Assembly (NCBI GenBank): GCA_963836185.1
Contig: CAWIIQ010000002.1
Location: 96,001-160,000, forward strand
Length of the DNA stretch: 64,000 bases
Reading direction: 5' to 3'
Source of the DNA: Candidatus Krumholzibacteriia bacterium
GTDB lineage: Bacteria; Krumholzibacteriota; Krumholzibacteriia; Krumholzibacteriales; Krumholzibacteriaceae
Shown here: piece by piece, positions 58,317 through 64,000 of the stretch
How the letters are laid out: each line of letters starts with the position of its first letter
How positions within the stretch are numbered: position 1 is the stretch's first letter
The notes under the pieces: generated by a model
What the model was told of the DNA's origin: nothing
What the model saw: the letters and a program-made list of their open reading frames with translations, nothing else
Databases searched by the model: none
Translations under genes and position numbers: made by a program

Positions 58317-59945
58317 TCAATACGTCTCGAGGAAGTCGGAGAGCCTCCGATCGAGCTCGTTGCGGCTGTACCATCTTCCCCCCGCCATCACACCTGTTAT
58401 CTTCCGCGTACTGGATATGTCCTCGAGGGGATTCCCTTCGAGCAGGACCATGTCCGCCCTCATACCTGCCCCTATCGTGCCGAAATCGCCGTCGAAACCC
58501 ATACGGGATACGATCGATCCTGCGTTCCCCGTGCCCGCGACGAGCGCCTCGAACGGGGTCAGGCCGGCCTCGACGAGGATCTCCATCTCCCTGTGAAGAT
58601 GGTGCCCAGGCACCATACCCTCGCTGCTCGTATCCGACCCGATCACGATCGTGACCCCGGCGCGGTGCATCTGCCTGGTCAGCTCTAGGAGGAAGGGCTG
58701 CATCCTGTTTTTCCGGTAATCCCCCTGATCGCGAAGGGAGGTGACGCTTCTTCCGCTGGTGCGCCACAGCTCCACATCCTCTTTTCGTATGAGACCGTAC
58801 TCGGGGCCGGAGAGCACATCGGCGTTGTCCAGGATAAGGCGATACATCGTCTCCTTGACGGCGAGCGTCGAGATGGCTCCCATGCCGCTCTCCTTCACCA
58901 TGGCGACTGTCCCCGGGATCGCATCGTAATCGAACGCGAAGTGCCTATCCGCTCCCGGGTCCTCTTTTCCCCTGCCGTACCTGTAGCCGATCCAGTGATA
59001 TGACTGGAGCTCGTCTATATGCGCCATCTCATCCTGTCCCGACCGGAGGATGACATCGAGTGGGATCTGATCGGGAAGATGCCCCGTCACATACAGGCCG
59101 GTCTCCGAGGCCTCTGTCACCGCGGCATCGTATTCCTCGAGGGTCAGGTGGTCGTAGACCTTGAGGCAGTCGTACCCGGCCTCTTTCTGGCGCGATACCT
59201 CGCGTGCCGCCTGCGCGGGGCTCTCAGAGATGTAATAGTCGGGGGTGAGGACGAAACGGCCGGCCGTCATAAAAGGGATCGTTCCCGAATCCATCAGGAA
59301 GAAGCCGGCGGTGGCAGAGATGATGAGCAGGAGAGCGGCCGCTACGGCGTTCCTGGCGGAGAAGAGCGGGACACCGCCTGAGATCCTCTTGAGGAGAAGA
59401 ACACAGAAAAAGATAAAAAATCCGATGAGGGCGGGCGTGAGAAGGACCGCGGCTTGAAATGCCCTGATATATTTCTCGATACCGTAGTTGCCATCGAACA
59501 TCCCGCTGAGCACGGGGCCGCTGCTGTATATGGCCGGGCCGGCCAGGTCGCCGCTGGCGACCCTCTCTTTCCAGGAGAGGTTCTCCGGCGTTCCACTCAT
59601 GGCCCTGACGGTCGTGACGCCGTATGCGAGATAGATGATGAGATGATCCGGATCGCCGTCCCAGGAGGCGAGATGCGTGTGCATATCGGCCAGTCCCGGG
59701 ATAAGGTATTGCCCCCGGCCATCTATGACCGAGGCCCCTGCCGGTGGAGTGAACGAGTCCTCGTCCACGATCGCGGAGATCTTTCCTTTCTCCGTCACGA
59801 CGGCCATGCCGTCGACGACCCTCTCGGTATCCATCGGGATGATCCGCACATTCCGTATCACGGTGACCGGAGCGGAGTCCGAGGCGGACGGAAAGAGAAG
59901 GACAGCCGCCACGAAGGCCTTTGAAATATAAGAGTATAGAGACAT
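58317..59945 (-). CDS. Amidohydrolase family protein with internal TM hairpin (copy 2)
   Basis: PGLADMHTH, KVYD, TGH, AH, GSD, ADMVLLEGNPL. Confidence 0.85.
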   Translation of the reverse strand: MSLYSYISKAFVAAVLLFPSASDSAPVTVIRNVRIIPMDTERVVDGMAVVTEKGKISAIVDEDSFTPPAGASVIDGRGQYLIPGLADMHTHLASWDGDPDHLIIYLAYGVTTVRAMSGTPENLSWKERVASGDLAGPAIYSSGPVLSGMFDGNYGIEKYIRAFQAAVLLTPALIGFFIFFCVLLLKRISGGVPLFSARNAVAAALLLIISATAGFFLMDSGTIPFMTAGRFVLTPDYYISESPAQAAREVSRQKEAGYDCLKVYDHLTLEEYDAAVTEASETGLYVTGHLPDQIPLDVILRSGQDEMAHIDELQSYHWIGYRYGRGKEDPGADRHFAFDYDAIPGTVAMVKESGMGAISTLAVKETMYRLILDNADVLSGPEYGLIRKEDVELWRTSGRSVTSLRDQGDYRKNRMQPFLLELTRQMHRAGVTIVIGSDTSSEGMVPGHHLHREMEILVEAGLTPFEALVAGTGNAGSIVSRMGFDGDFGTIGAGMRADMVLLEGNPLEDISSTRKITGVMAGGRWYSRNELDRRLSDFLETY

Positions 59946-60038
59946 GCCGGATACAGTATAAGCGAGTAAATCCTTGAATAACAGGTTAATTCATGAGATA
60001 ATCTATAATACTTACAAAAAGAATCGAGGAACCGAATC

Positions 60039-60923
60039 ATGCTGAATTTTGCATTCAGACACGGATTCGTCGCTGTTGTCGTCACCACCGCGACCTTCGC
60101 GGGCTTTACCGGCGGCTGGGACGGAACGACCCCCCTGATCATCGATCATACCTGTGCCGACCTCGCCTCGGTCCCGCCTGGATACGTCGATTCAGTAAAG
60201 ACTTACATGAAACTGCACTATGCGCATACCTCGCACGGCAGCCAGCTGACTCACGGAGTGGATACGATCGAGGCGTATGACGCGTTCTACTCGGTCAACA
60301 TCGGCGACAGTTATCTGCCGGATGAATCAGGAGCATTCTGTATATTCAGGGGGCAGGAGGACAGGACGTATATAGAGCCCGAGCAGTACTGGGCCACAGC
60401 GGCGGGCATGAACGATACGCGCGACGTCCTCAATAACAACCCTCAGATCAGAGTATCGATGTTCGCTTGGTGCACCCAGCTCAGCAGCGCCACAGAGGAG
60501 TATGTACAGGCATACCTCGATTCGATGATGCAGCTCGACTCGGAGTTCCCGAACGTGACCTTCGTCTACATGACCGGTAACGCGCAGTCGGCCGGCGCGG
60601 CGGCGAACCGGTACGCGAGAAACCAGCAGATCCGTCAGCACTGCATCGATAACAACAAAGTCCTCTACGACTTCGCCGACCTGGACTGCTGGTGGTTCAA
60701 TCCGGACACCCAGGAGTGGGAATTCAATACGTACACAGATTACTGGGGAGACATCTATCCGCTGCAGCACACGCAGTATGACGGGGACGAGCTCGCGCAC
60801 ACGACGGTGGAGAGCTGCGTGCAGAAAGGCAAGGCGCTCTGGTGGATGATGGCGACGCTGTCGGGCTGGCCGACCGCAGTGGAAGAGAGTTCCTGGGGCT
60901 CGATCAAGCGGAGCTATCGCTGA
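60039..60923 (+). CDS. Secreted hypothetical protein (possibly SGNH-like fold) with C-terminal SWGxIK tail
   Basis: Signal-like N-terminus; HTSHGSQL, RNQQIR, LYDFAD; ends TAVEESSWGSIKRSYR. Confidence 0.75.
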   Translation: MLNFAFRHGFVAVVVTTATFAGFTGGWDGTTPLIIDHTCADLASVPPGYVDSVKTYMKLHYAHTSHGSQLTHGVDTIEAYDAFYSVNIGDSYLPDESGAFCIFRGQEDRTYIEPEQYWATAAGMNDTRDVLNNNPQIRVSMFAWCTQLSSATEEYVQAYLDSMMQLDSEFPNVTFVYMTGNAQSAGAAANRYARNQQIRQHCIDNNKVLYDFADLDCWWFNPDTQEWEFNTYTDYWGDIYPLQHTQYDGDELAHTTVESCVQKGKALWWMMATLSGWPTAVEESSWGSIKRSYR

Positions 60924-60939
60924 CTGGAGCATCTGATCG

Positions 60940-62040
60940 ATGAAGACATGTTCGAAGTGCATACTTCCCGAAACATACCCGGGAATCAGATTTGACGAGG
61001 CCGGAGTGTGCGATCAGTGCCTTTCGCACAGGCCGCGCGCATCGAGAGGGGAAGAGAAGTTCCTCGAGATCATCGATTCTTACAGGGATGAGAGCAGAAA
61101 GTACGACTGCATCGTGGCATATAGCGGCGGCAGGGACAGTTCATATCTTCTCTGGTACGCCACGCACCGTCTCGGCCTCCGTGTGCTCGCGTGCTTCGTA
61201 GATAACGGATACGTCCCGGAGCAGACGCTGGCGAACATAAAGAACGCTACAGAGACGCTCGGTATCGACCTGGTCATCAAGAAGCACGAATACGTGAGCA
61301 AATGCGTCCGGCACACGCTGAAGTCATGGATCCGGAGACCCGATCCCGGAATGATCGGCCTTCTGTGCGCGGGATGCAATTTCGCCCTGAGATACTATCT
61401 TCTCGAGATGGCGAAGGAGAATCAGGTCCCGCTGGTGATCTTCGGGCTTGGCGAACCAGAGCCCCGGACGACATTTGCCGAGAGACTTCTGATGAATGAT
61501 CCGCGCAGGAAGATGAGCAGATCCTCCCTGGGTATCGGGTTTGCCTCGCAGATCGCCTCCAATCCGGCCTACCTGACCAATCCGAAGGTCCTCTCGATCT
61601 ATATGAAGGAATATATTTTCAGATGGGCGCCGTCGATCAGAAAGATCATGACGAGGAAGGTCGCTTATCCAGAGATGAGAGTGCTCGAACCGTTCTACTA
61701 CATCGACTGGAACGAGGAGGAGATCGTCTCGGTGATCCAGAACGAGCTTAACTGGGAAAAATGCACATACAGCGGATCGAGCTGGCGGACTGACTGCGAG
61801 ATCGCGACCTTGAAGAACTACCTGTACAAGCAGACACTCGGCTTCTCAAAGCTCGAAGAGCTGCTGAGCAACATGATCAGGTACGATATGACGACGAGGG
61901 ATGAGGCGGCCGAAAGGGTCGAGAAGGAAAGCTATATCTCCGAAGATTTTATCCGCGAGTTCATCGATGGGATGGATCTGGACTACAACGTGTTCCAGTC
62001 GTCCCTCGACATGCGCAACGGCAACCGAACCGCCAGTTAA
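60940..62040 (+). CDS. PP-loop N-acetyl sugar amidotransferase-like protein (WbpG-like)
   Basis: CSKC..P....FDEAGVCDQC, YDCIVAYSGGRDS. Confidence 0.8.
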   Translation: MKTCSKCILPETYPGIRFDEAGVCDQCLSHRPRASRGEEKFLEIIDSYRDESRKYDCIVAYSGGRDSSYLLWYATHRLGLRVLACFVDNGYVPEQTLANIKNATETLGIDLVIKKHEYVSKCVRHTLKSWIRRPDPGMIGLLCAGCNFALRYYLLEMAKENQVPLVIFGLGEPEPRTTFAERLLMNDPRRKMSRSSLGIGFASQIASNPAYLTNPKVLSIYMKEYIFRWAPSIRKIMTRKVAYPEMRVLEPFYYIDWNEEEIVSVIQNELNWEKCTYSGSSWRTDCEIATLKNYLYKQTLGFSKLEELLSNMIRYDMTTRDEAAERVEKESYISEDFIREFIDGMDLDYNVFQSSLDMRNGNRTAS

Positions 62041-63530
62041 CCCGGTATCTTGAAGTGTCTTCTCTCCGATTTTTTCAAAAGTATGAAGACGTTGAGGATG
62101 ATATATACCGCCGACGTCGCAACTCCCAGAACGACGATCCTCTTGTAGTCCGGGGTGAGGTAATTACGTATAAGAAGCCAGCTGACAAGGTGTATGGCTC
62201 CGCCCAGGGCGATACACCCGAGGACTACCCTGGCGTATTTCGCGAACGGGAACTCGATGACCCTGTTCGCGTAAACGGGGATGATGAAGATATGCGTGAC
62301 AAGTATCGGCAGTGTGGTCCCGAGGGCTACGCCGACGATCCCGTATTTACGGATCAGGATCACGCTGAGGAGGATGTTGGCGAAAGCCTCGCCCAGCATC
62401 AGTAGCGCGTAGAACTTGTGCTTTGAGATGCCGAACAGCATCGATATCGGAGCGATCTGGATCGTTCCGAAGATAAGGCCCACGGTCAGGATCGCGAGCA
62501 CGTGGTACGAATCGAGGTATTCAGGCCCCATCCACCTCAGTATGAAAGCCTTCCCGAATATAAGGATCGATCCTCCGATAAACACCGACATGATTGCGTT
62601 GAGTTTTACCGTGACGATATATTTTTCCCTGATCTGCCCGAAATCACCTTTCCCCTCGAGGCTGCTGAAGACAGGTTTCATCAAAGCGATGGCATTTGTG
62701 ACGAGCATAAGATAGTAAGCCGCCACACGGCTGCCGATGTTGAAGTGTGTCACGAAAGTCAGCCCGAGGAACGCCGTGATGATGAACGCGGCGATCTGGA
62801 ACCTGAACTGTTTGGCGATATTAGCGAGGAAGCTGAAGAAACTGTATCCCAGGAGCATCCGCGCGACCGTTTTTGTCGCCATCATCGGCTGGACCCTTGT
62901 ATCGGGATACTTCCATTTCATGTAGGCGATAGTCAGTGCGTACTGCATGAGGTCCACACAGAGGGTGATCACGGCCAGCGAGATTATTCCGTATCCACGG
63001 CCGAGGAAATAGACTATCAAAGCCGTCCGGATGAGGAGCTTGATGATACCGATGATGTATACGATGTCGTAACGGAGATGAGCGTAAAGAAATCCGTAGA
63101 CACTCCTGATCGGGAAGGAGAGGGCCATGTCGAAGCCGACGAGAAGGATCACAGTCCGGAAGATATCCACATCTTTCGGATCATCCATGAACATGGGGCT
63201 GACAAGCGCGATTACGCCTGACGCGATCAACGCGAGGACCCCGATGAGCAGAAAGATGATCAGAGAGGTATTGAAGACCTTGTCGCGTTCCTCGTGGTCT
63301 TCCTTGCCAAGGGCTCTCGCGATGAACCTCTCGTTCGCTGTCGATATGCCCAGCTCGAAGAATCCGTAATATCCTACCAGGGTCCCGACGAGGATCCACA
63401 ATCCATACCACCGGTCTCCGATTGAGTTGATCACGAATGGTATCATGAAGAAAGCGACGGCGATGTTCAGGACAGGATTCAATACCCTGAAGAAAGAACC
63501 GCGGATGATGGTGCTGGCCAGTCTGGACAC
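62037..63530 (-). CDS. Oligosaccharide flippase family protein
   Basis: YGLWIL...GYYGFFELG, YGIVGVALGT; multi-TM. Confidence 0.88.
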   Translation of the reverse strand: MSRLASTIIRGSFFRVLNPVLNIAVAFFMIPFVINSIGDRWYGLWILVGTLVGYYGFFELGISTANERFIARALGKEDHEERDKVFNTSLIIFLLIGVLALIASGVIALVSPMFMDDPKDVDIFRTVILLVGFDMALSFPIRSVYGFLYAHLRYDIVYIIGIIKLLIRTALIVYFLGRGYGIISLAVITLCVDLMQYALTIAYMKWKYPDTRVQPMMATKTVARMLLGYSFFSFLANIAKQFRFQIAAFIITAFLGLTFVTHFNIGSRVAAYYLMLVTNAIALMKPVFSSLEGKGDFGQIREKYIVTVKLNAIMSVFIGGSILIFGKAFILRWMGPEYLDSYHVLAILTVGLIFGTIQIAPISMLFGISKHKFYALLMLGEAFANILLSVILIRKYGIVGVALGTTLPILVTHIFIIPVYANRVIEFPFAKYARVVLGCIALGGAIHLVSWLLIRNYLTPDYKRIVVLGVATSAVYIILNVFILLKKSERRHFKIPG

Positions 63531-63663
63531 GATAAAGGCTCCAGGAGAATCGGTTTCCGTTCGCGCCGCCTGTTTGTCGCGACATCTCTGTTCGAGCAGA
63601 AACCTATCAGCATCAGATCAACCGGACAACCTTAATCTGTGGTGGATAGATCTCCGGAAGACA

Positions 63664-63999
63664 TCACCGGATGTTGTAATAGATCGAGATGCGGTGGAAA
63701 TTGCCCAGGTCCCCATACGGGGTCCAGGCGTAATCCAGATTGAGCCCGCCGAGTATAGCGACCCCGCCGCCGAGGGTGACGCCGTCGCCGAGCCTGTATT
63801 CCTGCCCGCAGTAACCGGCTCTTATAGCCAGGGTCCGTAAGATATCGAGTTCAACCCCGGCATTGAAGTAGACATCCTCGTAACGGGGCTTGACAAGATC
63901 CAGCCCGTACATCAGCCGCATCGTCTCGCCGCTGATATTGAAAGCATGGCTCGCGCCGGCCCGCGTCGTCGTGGGCAGGGGCTCGTCGATCGTGTCGAA
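63664..63999 (-). CDS. PorV/PorQ-like beta-barrel, C-terminal part (runs off the window)
   Basis: EPLPTTTRAGAS, LAIRAGY, LDYAWTPYGDLGNFHRISIYY. Confidence 0.8.
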   Translation of the reverse strand, partial: FDTIDEPLPTTTRAGASHAFNISGETMRLMYGLDLVKPRYEDVYFNAGVELDILRTLAIRAGYCGQEYRLGDGVTLGGGVAILGGLNLDYAWTPYGDLGNFHRISIYYNIR

Positions 64000-64000
64000 G

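Noticed and set aside
1-64000. CRISPR arrays, IS/transposases, integrases, prophage, rRNA/tRNA, further UGA read-through genes
   Set aside because: None recognised by eye; the other TGA-terminated genes I checked end at natural family C-termini. A computational scan could still find short elements.

Overview
A gene-dense, GC-rich bacterial window. Its content (PorV-like barrels, FlgD-Ig/T9SS-like C-terminal domains, a C-terminal 'SWGxIK' tail) suggests an FCB-superphylum organism such as Krumholzibacteriota/Latescibacterota; this is inference only. About 52 CDS cover housekeeping (PPi-type PFK, RlmD, nfi, beta-CASP nuclease, tldD/pmbA, lepA-hemW, pcm, TrmH), surface glycan biosynthesis (GT4s, DegT, two flippases, Wzz, O-antigen ligase, GT-C proteins), secreted peptidases, hcpR-hcp with a clear operator, and three paralog pairs or tandem duplications. 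No CRISPR, rRNA, tRNA or IS element was seen. Main findings: (1) a hidden selenoprotein, where two predicted ORFs (6415-7356 and 7375-7659) form one TlpA-like lipoprotein with an in-frame UGA at the first Cys of a UxxC motif and a bSECIS-like hairpin right after it; (2) an unannotated ~120-nt structured RNA with its own sigma70 promoter and U-tract, possibly a short 6S RNA; (3) a candidate C-terminal 'SWGxIK' sorting signal alongside PorV-like genes; (4) amidohydrolases with a transmembrane hairpin inserted in the barrel, one copy lacking the catalytic Asp. Three single-base frameshifts (lepA, class V aminotransferase, UbiA) are most likely sequence errors.
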